Assembly (NCBI GenBank): GCA_947454705.1
Contig: CANGKZ010000029.1
Coordinates: 488 to 64,487 of the forward strand
Direction: 5' to 3'
Origin: Verrucomicrobiota bacterium
Lineage (GTDB): Bacteria; Verrucomicrobiota; Verrucomicrobiia; Limisphaerales; UBA9464
Length of the DNA: 64,000 bases
Under the pieces are notes generated by a model, which saw nothing but the letters and a program-made list of their open reading frames with translations, was not told the origin of the DNA and made no database searches. Of the stretch, positions 19,462 to 29,311 are shown piece after piece (the stretch's first letter is position 1; every line of letters begins with the position of its first letter). A program made the translations under genes and the position numbers.

Positions 19462-20882
19462 GGCGTTTCAGCGCGTTTGAGTTCTGCCTTGAAGCTCCAG
19501 CGGACGGATCCGCCAGCGCCCTGAGCCGGGAAAAAGGTTGCAGGATCCACCTTGGCGAAGAGGGGCTGGCCGTTCAGCTCGATCTTCTTCAAATCCGAAT
19601 TGAACTTGGTGACCTCGGCGGTGTTGTCGGCGTTGACCGTGCCGGTGAGTTCCAAAGCGCGACCCCGGGTAAAATCGAGCTGGGTGAGATTGAGCGTTTC
19701 CGGCAGGGCTTCAATCGCCGCACGCCACGCATCGAGCGCTGCAAATCGGAGCGCCACCTGATCCTGAAGGATCGCCACCTGCGCCTTGGTCTGGAGCGCA
19801 TTGGTGTAGCTCCCCGCAATCGCATTGCCGGCATCGCGAACCGAATCCAGCCGGTACTCCTGCACCTTCAGTCCGATCATGAAGCAGAAGACGAAGGCCA
19901 GATACAGCACGGCCGCCACCGACAGCGCGCGAATCCAAAGCGAATCAATGAACTCGTTGCGACGCTTCTGAACGATCTCCTCCGGAATTAACGACCGGGG
20001 TTTTTCAATCAACTGACGACGCGCCGCAGACTCCGCCACTCGGGCCGGATCCATCCGCGGGGAAAGTTTCACCGGCTGGCCCGACCATTCCACGAGCGCC
20101 GATTCCAAATCCGCCGCAGCCCCGGGAGCGGACAGCACGGTCACCGCAGGAAGCGCCTGCAGCCAGCCGTTCCACTCGCCGGCCCAGGCCACGCGGGTCA
20201 ATTGCTCCACCAAATGAGCCGATGCTTCGGCGCCTTCGGGAAGATGAATCAATCCCACCTCACGCCAGCGCCCGCCGAGATACCATCCCGCGAGAATCGA
20301 GCGGCCGGTCGGAATTGCATCCACCACCAGCCACAATCCATCCGCATCCGGACGGCATCCCTTCAATTCGCGCACCAGCGGGAACTCGAGCTGATCCGCC
20401 ACGTAGCCCTCTTGGAGCAGGCGCCCGAGCAGATCCTCCACCGCGCTGCGAGCCACCAACGTGACCCACGCGGTGGTCGTCGGCGCGACGCCGCCTTCCG
20501 CAGGCGAAGCGGCATTCACAGACCCAGCAGCAGACTCCACCGTTTCCACGGTCCAAACCACCTGGGCCGGAGGAAGCGGGGAAAGGCGTTCGAGCTGAAA
20601 CTCGATCATGCCCTGAATTTCTTCCGCATTCGACGACGGGAGATCGACCACACGGACGAACACCGAGTCCGCCGGCAGCCAGGCAACGTTCAACTGGGGC
20701 TGAAGCAGCTGACGCCAGTCGCGTCCGGCGATCACCGAAGGAAGCGGCTTTCCCGATTCCACCGGGAGCATTCCAGCCGCCACCGGTTCACCCGATTTAA
20801 CCTGAAATCGCCAAGCCGTCCGCGGTCCGCCGAAAAGCGAAACCACGTTGCAGTTTTGGAAGCGGGGAGAGTTGGCCTTCAT
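19458..20882 (-). CDS. GspL / PilM-PilN-like platform protein
   Basis: Cytoplasmic N-domain (FVRVVDLP...IEFQLERLSPLP), one TM near aa 315-340, PilN-like C-terminus. Operonic with the ATPase. Confidence 0.68.
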   Translation of the reverse strand: MKANSPRFQNCNVVSLFGGPRTAWRFQVKSGEPVAAGMLPVESGKPLPSVIAGRDWRQLLQPQLNVAWLPADSVFVRVVDLPSSNAEEIQGMIEFQLERLSPLPPAQVVWTVETVESAAGSVNAASPAEGGVAPTTTAWVTLVARSAVEDLLGRLLQEGYVADQLEFPLVRELKGCRPDADGLWLVVDAIPTGRSILAGWYLGGRWREVGLIHLPEGAEASAHLVEQLTRVAWAGEWNGWLQALPAVTVLSAPGAAADLESALVEWSGQPVKLSPRMDPARVAESAARRQLIEKPRSLIPEEIVQKRRNEFIDSLWIRALSVAAVLYLAFVFCFMIGLKVQEYRLDSVRDAGNAIAGSYTNALQTKAQVAILQDQVALRFAALDAWRAAIEALPETLNLTQLDFTRGRALELTGTVNADNTAEVTKFNSDLKKIELNGQPLFAKVDPATFFPAQGAGGSVRWSFKAELKRAETP

Positions 20883-20884
20883 GG

Positions 20885-22627
20885 TCAGCGCACCCTTTCC
20901 TCAACCAGACTGCGGACATGCTCCTCGTTCTGCGTCACGCGCAGGACTTCCTCCACCGTCGTGACCCCGGCCCGCACCTTGCGCCAGCCGTCGTCACGCA
21001 GCGTCCGCATGCCCTGGGCCCGGGCCGCCATCGCGATCGTCGAAGCCGCCGCCCGGTTCATCACCAGCGGGCGGATCGCATCGTTCACCAACAAAAGTTC
21101 ATGAATGCCAGTCCGGCCCTGGTATCCGAGCTGACGGCACTCCTCGCATCCCTCGCCCTTCCAGAACACCGCCGTGTCCAGTTCCGCCTCGGGGAACCCG
21201 CACTTCACCAGATAATCGCGATCCAGCTTCTGCGGGATCTTGCAATGCGGGCAAATGGTACGAACCAGACGTTGAGCCATGACCGCCTCGAGCGACGACG
21301 CCACGAGGAACGGCTCGATGCCCATGTCGATCAAGCGAGTGAACGCGCTGGGGGCGTCGTTCGTGTGAAGCGTGCTGAACACCAAGTGACCGGTCAGCGC
21401 CGCGCGGATGCCGATTTCGGCGGTCTCGAGGTCGCGGATTTCGCCGACCATGATCACGTTGGGATCCTGGCGGAGAATATGACGCAGCCCCATCGCGAAG
21501 GTCAGGCCGATGTCAGATCGCACCGGGATCTGATTGATGCCCTTGAGCTCATACTCGACCGGTTCCTCGATCGTGATGATGCGTTTGGTGACTGAGTTGA
21601 TCGTCGAAAGGAACGCGTAGAGCGTCGTGGACTTGCCCGAACCGGTCGGCCCGGTGACCAGGAAGATCCCGTGCGGCTTGACGATGATGTCGCGGATCGC
21701 GTTTTCCTCGTCGGGGGCGAAACCGAGGCGTTCCAGACCAAAAAAGATCTTACCGCGGGTGAGCAAACGCAGCGAAACCGACTCGCCCCAAACGGTCGGG
21801 ACCGTGGACACGCGGATGTCGATTTCCTCGCCCTTGATCCGGACGTTGATTCGACCGTCCTGCGGCAGGCGCTTCTCGGCGATGTTCATTCCGCTCATCA
21901 CCTTGATGCGCGAAATCAGCGCCGCCTGATACCGCTTGATCTGCGGCGGCAGCGGGGTCTGGTGCAGGATGCCGTCAATGCGGTATCGGATGCGGAGTTC
22001 ATCCTCCGACGGCTCAAAGTGAATGTCCGTGGCGCGATCCTTGAACGCTTCCCAGATGACCTGGTTGACGAACTTGATGACGCTGGCGTCCTGATCGTCC
22101 CCGGTGATTTCGCGATCGGAGGAAATTTCTAGTTCCAGCGGCTCGTCCTCGGCCATTTCGTCGAGGGTCTCCGCACCGACGCCGTAGTACTTCTTGAGCG
22201 TCTTCTCGATCTCAGCCCGTGTGGCCAGCGCGAACCGAACCGGACCACGCGCATCGAAGGCCACCGCTGCCTGCATCGCGGGATCGAAAGGATCGTGGGT
22301 GGCCACCTGCAGGCCTTGCGCATCTTCGGCGATCGGGATCAAAGAAAACTGGAACGCAACCTTGGTGGAAATGCGTTTCCGGGCGGCGGGATCCGGAGTC
22401 AGGCGGGCCAGCTCGACATACGGCCAGCCGACGGCGACCGCGAGCTTCTGAAGGAATTGATCCTCCGACATGCCGGCCTCCCGGGCGAAGAACGCCAACT
22501 GCCCCTCGCCACCGGGCTCCGTGCGGGCTTCGTTGACCTTCCGCCAGGCGGAGTTCCAATCGGCGAACTGCGCCCTGGTGGCGAGTCCGGCGCGTTCGAG
22601 AATGGTCTGGAGTGGCGTATGGCCCAT
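20885..22627 (-). CDS. gspE: GspE/PilB secretion/pilus assembly ATPase
   Basis: TDIHFEP, RLPQDGR, Walker A GPTGSGKSTT, LRQDPNVIMVGEIRD, TGHLVFSTLHTN, tetracysteine CPHC...CEEC. Confidence 0.93.
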   Translation of the reverse strand: MGHTPLQTILERAGLATRAQFADWNSAWRKVNEARTEPGGEGQLAFFAREAGMSEDQFLQKLAVAVGWPYVELARLTPDPAARKRISTKVAFQFSLIPIAEDAQGLQVATHDPFDPAMQAAVAFDARGPVRFALATRAEIEKTLKKYYGVGAETLDEMAEDEPLELEISSDREITGDDQDASVIKFVNQVIWEAFKDRATDIHFEPSEDELRIRYRIDGILHQTPLPPQIKRYQAALISRIKVMSGMNIAEKRLPQDGRINVRIKGEEIDIRVSTVPTVWGESVSLRLLTRGKIFFGLERLGFAPDEENAIRDIIVKPHGIFLVTGPTGSGKSTTLYAFLSTINSVTKRIITIEEPVEYELKGINQIPVRSDIGLTFAMGLRHILRQDPNVIMVGEIRDLETAEIGIRAALTGHLVFSTLHTNDAPSAFTRLIDMGIEPFLVASSLEAVMAQRLVRTICPHCKIPQKLDRDYLVKCGFPEAELDTAVFWKGEGCEECRQLGYQGRTGIHELLLVNDAIRPLVMNRAAASTIAMAARAQGMRTLRDDGWRKVRAGVTTVEEVLRVTQNEEHVRSLVEERVR

Positions 22628-22779
22628 GAATATCGCGTGGCGACGTCGAGTTGAACTCTCCGGCTGGGAAAAAGTTGCGCGGAAAAGGCGATGAGAATGG
22701 GTCGGTGGCCGGAGGTCGCGCACTTTTTCAAAAATTCCCAGCTTGCTCCCGTCGCCGCAGATGACCACATTCCGCGCCG

Positions 22780-22868
22780 CCAGGGCCCATGGAACGCGGA
22801 CTTGTGAACCCCGCCAGGGCCGGAAGGCAGCAACGGTAACTTGCTCCCGTCTGCCGTGGTCACCCTGG
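22780..22868 (+). ncRNA. ffs: Signal recognition particle RNA (4.5S, small bacterial SRP)
   Basis: Domain IV core GTGAACCCCGCCAGGGCCGGAAGGCAGCAACGGTA with a GGAA tetraloop. Terminal helix CCAGGG/CCCTGG. Canonical position upstream of dnaX. Confidence 0.9.
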
Positions 22869-22986
22869 TTCCCTTCACTTTTTTGGCCGTAAACAAACGC
22901 AGCGCAGTCGATTCGTCCGTCCCAGTCCTTGGACTCTGGTCCAGTTAGAACCGTCAGCCCGCGAACCTCCAACGTCCCGACGACAG

Positions 22987-24825
22987 GTGTCCTACCAGGT
23001 TTTAGCGCGCAAATACCGTCCTCAACGGTTTGAGGACGTGGTCGGCCAGGAGCACGTCACCCAGACGCTCGCCAACGCCATCCGCGCCGGTCGCATCGCC
23101 CACGCCTACCTCTTCTGCGGCCCCCGCGGCACGGGCAAGACCACGCTCGCCCGCATTTTCGCCAAGGCCCTGAACTGCACCGCTGGCCCGAAGCCCGACT
23201 TCGACGATGCCGATCCGCGGGTGAAGGAAATCACCGAAGGCCGATCGCTCGACGTCCTGGAAATCGACGGTGCCTCGAACAACGGTGTTGAACAGGTCCG
23301 CGAACTCCGCGAGACCGCCCGCTTCGCCCCCGCTTCGTCGAAGTTCAAGATCTACATCATCGACGAAGTTCACATGCTCTCAACCGCGGCGTTCAACGCC
23401 CTGTTGAAAACGCTCGAGGAGCCGCCCGCGCATGTGAAATTCCTCTTCGCCACCACCGACCCGGAAAAGGTCCTGGTGACGATCCTCTCCCGCTGCCAGC
23501 GCTTTGACCTTCGCCGCATCCCCGCGGCCCTGATCGTCAAACACCTCGCCTGGATCGCCGGCAAGGAAGGCGTGACCGTCGAGGACGCCGCCCTGCAGGC
23601 CATCGCCCGCGGTGCCGACGGCGGCATGCGCGATGCCGAATCGACCCTCGATCAGCTGATCAGTTTTTGCGGCAACACCATCGTCGAGTCCGACGTGCTC
23701 TCGATGTTCGGCCTCGCCGCACGGGCGCAGTTGCTCGACCTCACCACCGCAATTCTCGAAGGCGAATCCGCCCGCGCCCTGCAACTGCTCGACACCCTCG
23801 CCCGCAGCGGCAAGGACCTCGGCCGCCTGCTCGGCGACCTGCTGAATCATTTTCGAAACCTGCTGCTGTTCCAGATTTCCAAGGGCGACCCCGGGTTGCT
23901 CGAAGTAGGTGAACCAGAATTGATCGTGCTTTCGGCGCAGTCCTCGAAAATCGAGACCGAGCCGCTCACGCGGATTCTCGAAGTCCTCTCAGCCGCCGAT
24001 GGACGCCAGCGCGAATCCGCCTCCAAGCGAATCTTCCTCGAGGTCACCGTCCTCAAGGCCATCCAGGCCCGCGAAGCCACGAGCCTCGATCAGGTGCTCA
24101 AGCAGTTGAAGGCCCTGCGCGACGGCGCCGGCCCGGCTGCATCGGCGGCACCCGCGCCCGCACGCGCCGCTTCGCCAATCGCTCCCGCAGCCGCAGCACC
24201 GGCAACAACTCCAGCTCCTGCTGCTGCTCCTGCTCCGAAACCCGCACCGGCTCCGACGCCTGCTCCCGCGCCCGCACCGACCGCTGCAGCCCCCGCCGCT
24301 CCGGCCCCTGCGCCGGCGCCAGCTTCGACTCCTGCACCAGCCCCGGCGCCCGCGGCAGTTCAGATTCCCGACGACATGGAAGCAATCTTCCAAGCGTTGG
24401 TCGCGAAATTGTCCCCGACCCAGCGCATCATGCTGGCGGAGGGCCGACCGGTCTCCATGACCCCGCGGCGGCTCACGATTGGAGTTTCGGCCGAACACTT
24501 CAGCCTGCTGGATCCGAAGCGCGACGAACCCCAGCTCACCGCCAAACTCTCCGAACTCGGGTTCGGGGATCGCTCGGTCAGCCTCGTCGCCCTCGATACG
24601 CCGCCCCCGACTCCGCCCCCTTCGGCCGGATCAGGATCCGCTCCAGCGCCCGCCCCATCGCGTCCCGCGCCTGCTCCGGTCAAAGCCCCAGAAGCCAAGC
24701 CCGTTAAGGTCGCGCCGATCCAGCTGAACCGGGAGGAATTCCTCAAGGATCCGCTGATTCAACAGGCCCTCGAAGTCTTCAAGGGGCAGCTCGTCGATGT
24801 CCGCGCCCCGGGCATCGAAACGTAA
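22987..24825 (+). CDS. dnaX: DNA polymerase III subunit gamma/tau
   Basis: YQVLARKYRP, GPRGTGKTT, EIDGASN, IIDEVHML, SRC, and a Pro/Ala-rich linker. Confidence 0.97.
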   Translation: MSYQVLARKYRPQRFEDVVGQEHVTQTLANAIRAGRIAHAYLFCGPRGTGKTTLARIFAKALNCTAGPKPDFDDADPRVKEITEGRSLDVLEIDGASNNGVEQVRELRETARFAPASSKFKIYIIDEVHMLSTAAFNALLKTLEEPPAHVKFLFATTDPEKVLVTILSRCQRFDLRRIPAALIVKHLAWIAGKEGVTVEDAALQAIARGADGGMRDAESTLDQLISFCGNTIVESDVLSMFGLAARAQLLDLTTAILEGESARALQLLDTLARSGKDLGRLLGDLLNHFRNLLLFQISKGDPGLLEVGEPELIVLSAQSSKIETEPLTRILEVLSAADGRQRESASKRIFLEVTVLKAIQAREATSLDQVLKQLKALRDGAGPAASAAPAPARAASPIAPAAAAPATTPAPAAAPAPKPAPAPTPAPAPAPTAAAPAAPAPAPAPASTPAPAPAPAAVQIPDDMEAIFQALVAKLSPTQRIMLAEGRPVSMTPRRLTIGVSAEHFSLLDPKRDEPQLTAKLSELGFGDRSVSLVALDTPPPTPPPSAGSGSAPAPAPSRPAPAPVKAPEAKPVKVAPIQLNREEFLKDPLIQQALEVFKGQLVDVRAPGIET

Positions 24826-24913
24826 TCCTTTTCATTTTTTTCGGTCCTTCCCGTGCGGCGGACCGGATCAATTCCCAGTCGCCAACCCAATCCTTCCTCT
24901 CCAAGATCCTCCC

Positions 24914-25225
24914 ATGTCCGGCATCGGAAAACTCATGAAGCAGGCGACGCGCATGCAACAGCAGATGGAGCGCGTCCAACAGGAACTCACGAACAAGACC
25001 GTCGAAGGCATCGCCGGCGGCGGCACCGTGAAGGTCGTCGCCCGCTGCGACCAGACCCTCGCCTCTATTTCGATCCAGCCCGACGCGGTCAATCCCCAGG
25101 ACGTCGCGTTCCTCGAAGCCCTGATCCTTACCGCCGTCAACGACGCCATGGTCAAGGCCAAGGAGACCGCCAATCGCGAACTGGGCGCCGTCACCCAGGG
25201 CTTCAGCATTCCGGGCCTGATGTGA
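24914..25225 (+). CDS. ybaB: YbaB/EbfC nucleoid-associated protein
   Basis: MKQA..MQ..M...Q..L, GGGTVKV, LEALILTAVNDA. Lies between dnaX and recR. Confidence 0.92.
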   Translation: MSGIGKLMKQATRMQQQMERVQQELTNKTVEGIAGGGTVKVVARCDQTLASISIQPDAVNPQDVAFLEALILTAVNDAMVKAKETANRELGAVTQGFSIPGLM

Positions 25226-25824
25226 GTTCGCTCCCCGAGCCGGTCCGCCAGCTCGCCGCCGCCCTGGGGCAACTCCCCGGGGTCGGCCCCCGCACCGCCG
25301 AGCGACTCGCCCTGCACCTGGTCCAGTCGGATCCGGCCCAGGTCCAGCTCCTCGCCAACGCCCTGGTCGAGGGACGCTCCCGCACCGTCACCTGTACCGT
25401 TTGTGGTGCATTGGCGGAGGCCTCGCCCTGCCCCATTTGTTCCGATTCCAAACGCGACACCACCCTGCTCTGCGTGGTGGAGCGCGTGCTGGATGTCATC
25501 AGCTTGGAAAAGTCGGGCACCTTCCGCGGCGTGTATCACGTGCTCGGAGGCAAGCTGAGCCCGCTCAATGGCGTGGGTCCCGAGGATCTTCGAATCGCCG
25601 AGCTGCAACAGCGCGTGGCCGAAGGCACCGCGCGTGAAGTCATCCTGGCGCTCGGAAGCGATGTCGAGGGCGACGCCACCGCCGCGTACCTCGCCACGCT
25701 GCTGAACTCGGCCGACCTGCGCGTCAGCCGTCTGGCCCAGGGTCTGCCCGCGGGCAGTGGACTCGAATTCGCCGACGAATTGACCCTCACCCGCGCGCTC
25801 GAAGGGCGACGCGATGTCCGCTGA
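25222..25824 (+). CDS. recR: Recombination mediator RecR
   Basis: LPGVGPRTAERLA HhH, C4 zinc finger CTVC...CPIC, YHVLGG.LSPL.G, toprim VEGDATA. Confidence 0.96.
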   Translation: MSSLPEPVRQLAAALGQLPGVGPRTAERLALHLVQSDPAQVQLLANALVEGRSRTVTCTVCGALAEASPCPICSDSKRDTTLLCVVERVLDVISLEKSGTFRGVYHVLGGKLSPLNGVGPEDLRIAELQQRVAEGTAREVILALGSDVEGDATAAYLATLLNSADLRVSRLAQGLPAGSGLEFADELTLTRALEGRRDVR

Positions 25825-25869
25825 TCGACCTCCTTTTTTGTCCGCCAAGCCGACCCGTTTCTGTTGCGC

Positions 25870-26484
25870 ATGAGTGCTCCCAAAGCCGTTATCTTCGATC
25901 TCGGAAAAGTGCTGCTCGAGTTCGATTACCACCGCGCCGCCGCCACGCTTGGTCCGCTCAGCCAGGTGCCGCCCGCGGAGTTCAAGCGCATCATCGATCA
26001 GACTCCCCTGCTCCACCGGTACGAAACCGGATTGATGACCACGCAGGAATTCCTGGCCGAGGTGCGGTCCGTGACCGGCTACCACGGCCCGGAAGACCTC
26101 TTCCACCACACTTTCGGCGACATCTTCTGGGAAATTCCGGACATGATCGCGCTCCAGCAGCGCCTGGAAGCGAGCGGCATCCCGACCTACATCTTTTCCA
26201 ACACCAACGAACTCGCGATCCGCAAAATCCGGAGCAAATTCCCGTTTTTCGGCGGATTCACCGGCTACATCTACAGCTACGAAGTGCGTTCGATGAAGCC
26301 GGACTCCCGGATCTATGAAGCCATGGAAGCCATGGCCGGCGCCCGTGGATCCGACCTGGTGTACATCGACGATCGGCTGGAAAACATCCAGGCCGGGGCC
26401 GCCCGCGGCTGGCGCGCCCTGCTGCACGCGGATCCCGCGGTCACCATTCCCGAGGTGCACCGGCATTTCGGGCTGAAGGGCTGA
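25870..26484 (+). CDS. HAD-superfamily phosphatase (YihX-like)
   Basis: Motif I FDLGKV, SNTN, KPDSRIY, YIDD..EN. Confidence 0.88.
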   Translation: MSAPKAVIFDLGKVLLEFDYHRAAATLGPLSQVPPAEFKRIIDQTPLLHRYETGLMTTQEFLAEVRSVTGYHGPEDLFHHTFGDIFWEIPDMIALQQRLEASGIPTYIFSNTNELAIRKIRSKFPFFGGFTGYIYSYEVRSMKPDSRIYEAMEAMAGARGSDLVYIDDRLENIQAGAARGWRALLHADPAVTIPEVHRHFGLKG

Positions 26485-26553
26485 TCCACCTCCCCTTCCG
26501 ATGTTTCCTCAAAATGCTTTTGTGACCGGGGCGGCCTTCCTACTCTGAAGCTC

Positions 26554-27492
26554 ATGTCGAAACCGGCGTTGGGACGGGGTTTGGGAGCACTGCTCTCGGG
26601 TGGCGGTGCAAAATCCGCGCCCGCAGCGCCGGCGCAGTCGTCGGCTTCCACAGCGTCGCCGGCCACACCCGCACCCGCAGCGGCGCCCGGCGGATCTGTG
26701 CTTCGCGTGCCGGTGGCCCGGGTGCATCCGAGCACGCTTCAGCCGCGAAAAGACTTTACCGCGGAATCCCTCGAAGAACTCGCGGAATCCATTCGCCGAC
26801 AGGGAATCGTCCAGCCCCTCATCGTCCGCTCCAGCCCGAACGGCTACGAATTGATCGCCGGCGAACGCCGCTGGCGCGCCGCGCAATTGGCCGGGCTCAC
26901 CGAGGTTCCCATCGTGGAACGCGTGGCCTCCGATCGCGAGGTGCTCGAGTTGGCCCTTGTTGAGAATCTCCAGCGCGAGAATCTCAATCCCATCGAGGAA
27001 GCCCTCGGCTACTCGCAGCTCGCCTCGCAATTTTCCCTCACCCAGGAAGACATCGCCGCGCGCGTGGGACGCTCCCGCGCCGCCGTGGCCAATGCCCTCC
27101 GGTTGCTCAAGCTTCCCCCCGCCGCCCAGACCGCGCTCCGCGACGGCCGGCTTTCAGTCGGACACGCCAAGGTCCTGCTGGGCATCGCCGATGCGAAGAA
27201 CCAGCTCGCCGCCTTTGAGCGCGTCCTCAGCGCTAACCTCAGTGTCCGCCAGACCGAAGAACTCGCCGCCCGGCTCATCGCGCCCGAGACCGCCCCAAAA
27301 CCTGGCTCCACTGCACCGGTGGCCGCCGGACGCGACCTCTTCGTCGTGGACCTGGAAAACCGCCTTCGCGAGCGGTTTGCCACCAAGGTCGGACTTAGGT
27401 ATCGAACCGGGCGTGGTTCGTTGGAAATCCGCTTTTCGAGTGATGACGAACTCAATCGGGTTCTCGCGTTGCTCGGTGTTCCGCTGGACTGA
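26554..27492 (+). CDS. parB: Chromosome partitioning protein ParB/Spo0J
   Basis: [10 protein letters not shown]-terminus, [41 protein letters not shown]. Confidence 0.95.
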   Translation: MSKPALGRGLGALLSGGGAKSAPAAPAQSSASTASPATPAPAAAPGGSVLRVPVARVHPSTLQPRKDFTAESLEELAESIRRQGIVQPLIVRSSPNGYELIAGERRWRAAQLAGLTEVPIVERVASDREVLELALVENLQRENLNPIEEALGYSQLASQFSLTQEDIAARVGRSRAAVANALRLLKLPPAAQTALRDGRLSVGHAKVLLGIADAKNQLAAFERVLSANLSVRQTEELAARLIAPETAPKPGSTAPVAAGRDLFVVDLENRLRERFATKVGLRYRTGRGSLEIRFSSDDELNRVLALLGVPLD

Positions 27493-27523
27493 TCCGGTGC
27501 CTTGAACCGGCACCACCCCCACC

Positions 27524-28648
27524 ATGATCCAATCTCAAGAGTTTCGATCTTCGGTCGCTGATGCGCTGACCGCTGCCGCCGCAAGCTCGCCCCCGCTGAC
27601 CGCATTCGTAGGTCTCGACGGATTCGTGGATGAGATCCTTCACGTCGTGGACCGCCGTCAGGATGCCGAGCACTACGACTGCGTTCCCACCATCGCCGCC
27701 TACGCCGCGCGTCTCGCAGCCGCCGCCGGCAAAAGCACCAACGTGGAACTGGTCAACGTGATGACCAAGCTCGGCGGCAACGGCCCGATCATGGCCAACG
27801 CCCTCGCCCATTTCGGCATTGCCGTCACCTACGTCGGCTCCCTCGGATGGCCGGCCCTTCATCCCGTCTTCGCCCCCTTCGCCCAGCGCGCCAACGTCCA
27901 TACCATTTGTGGTGCAGGCCTCACCGACGCCCTCGAATTCACCGATGGCAAGATCATGGTCGGAAAGCACTACACCCTGAAGGAGGTCAACTGGACCAAC
28001 CTCATGGAACGCTTCGGCCGCGAACGGTTCCTGGCCCAGATGAACACCGCGAGCCTCGTCGGGTTCGTCAACTGGACCATGCTTCCCTACATGAGCGACA
28101 TCTGGGAATCGATCCAGTCGGAGATCCTCCCCAAGCTCACCGGCCCGCGTCGCCGTATCTTTTTTGATCTCGCGGATCCGGAGAAACGTGTCGAGGCCGA
28201 CATCCGCCGGGCTCTTGATCTCATCCTGAAGTTCCAGTCCCACTTCGATTGCATCCTCGGTCTGAACGAAAAGGAGGCGGTCGAAATCGGGCACGTGCTC
28301 GGAATCAAATCCTCCCCCACCACCGCGGAGGAACTCGCAGTGCTCGGGACCGAAATCCAGAAGCGCGTGCCGGTGGAGACCCTGGTCATCCATCCCACCG
28401 CCTACGCCTGCGCGGTGTCCGATGGCAAGGCCGTGGTCGTGGCCGGATCGCTGTGCAAGAAGCCCCGCATCACCACCGGAGCGGGCGATCACTTCAACAG
28501 CGGCTTCTGCCTCGGAAAACTTCTCGGCCTCGACAACGCCTCCAGCCTGCTCTGCGGCGTCAGCACCAGCGGCCATTATGTCCGCACCGCGCAAAGCCCC
28601 TCCATCGAGCAGCTGGCCAGCTTCATGCGCCACTGGCCCGCAGAATAA
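27524..28648 (+). CDS. PfkB/ribokinase-family carbohydrate kinase (divergent)
   Basis: KLGGNGP.MA, NEKEA, anion-hole motif TTGAGDHFNSGF. Confidence 0.8.
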   Translation: MIQSQEFRSSVADALTAAAASSPPLTAFVGLDGFVDEILHVVDRRQDAEHYDCVPTIAAYAARLAAAAGKSTNVELVNVMTKLGGNGPIMANALAHFGIAVTYVGSLGWPALHPVFAPFAQRANVHTICGAGLTDALEFTDGKIMVGKHYTLKEVNWTNLMERFGRERFLAQMNTASLVGFVNWTMLPYMSDIWESIQSEILPKLTGPRRRIFFDLADPEKRVEADIRRALDLILKFQSHFDCILGLNEKEAVEIGHVLGIKSSPTTAEELAVLGTEIQKRVPVETLVIHPTAYACAVSDGKAVVVAGSLCKKPRITTGAGDHFNSGFCLGKLLGLDNASSLLCGVSTSGHYVRTAQSPSIEQLASFMRHWPAE

Positions 28649-28690
28649 GCAGTTTAAGCCGTTTCATTCCCCACTAGAGTACGCCCTCCC

Positions 28691-29269
28691 ATGGTCCTCC
28701 CTGTCGTCAAATACGGAGATCCGGTCCTTCGCCGCAAAGGCGCCCGAATCGAGGCGATCACGCCCGAAATCACCAGCTTCATCGCCGACATGTTCGACAC
28801 CATGAAGGCCGCCCGCGGAGTGGGTCTGGCCTCGCAGCAGGTCGGACGCGCCATTCAACTCACGGTCATCGACGTCCGAGGCATCACCGATCGCCCCAGC
28901 AAACTGTGGCTCCAGGGCACGCCGGCCGATGTCGAATCGTTCATGCCGCTCGTGCTCATCAACCCGGTCGTCACCGCCTCCGGTCCGCGCGTGAGCGGCC
29001 CCGAGGGATGCCTCAGCTTCCCGGAAATTTTCGGCGATGTGGAACGCCACGATGAAGTCGAGGTCACCGCCCTGAACGAGCGCGGCGAAACCTTCTCCTT
29101 CAAGGCCGCCGGCCTGCTGGCCCGTGCCGTTCAGCACGAGGTCGATCACTTGAACGGGTTGCTGTTCATCGATCGCATGAACGCCGAGACCCGGCGCGAC
29201 GTGCAGCCCGAGATCGACGAGCTCCAGGGCGAAACCCGCGCCCGCCTCGCAAAGCTCGCGCGGAAGTAA
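28691..29269 (+). CDS. def: Peptide deformylase
   Basis: GVGLASQQVG, EGCLSFP, QHEVDHLNG. Confidence 0.97.
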   Translation: MVLPVVKYGDPVLRRKGARIEAITPEITSFIADMFDTMKAARGVGLASQQVGRAIQLTVIDVRGITDRPSKLWLQGTPADVESFMPLVLINPVVTASGPRVSGPEGCLSFPEIFGDVERHDEVEVTALNERGETFSFKAAGLLARAVQHEVDHLNGLLFIDRMNAETRRDVQPEIDELQGETRARLAKLARK

Positions 29270-29311
29270 CGCAGGACGGGCGACGCCGCGAAACCGGTTC
29301 GCCTCGTTCGA

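Noticed and set aside
24120-24360. Repetitive Pro/Ala-rich tract in dnaX, and a possible gamma/tau frameshift site
   Set aside because: This is an ordinary low-complexity tau linker. No A-AAA-AAG slippery heptamer or long A-run was seen.
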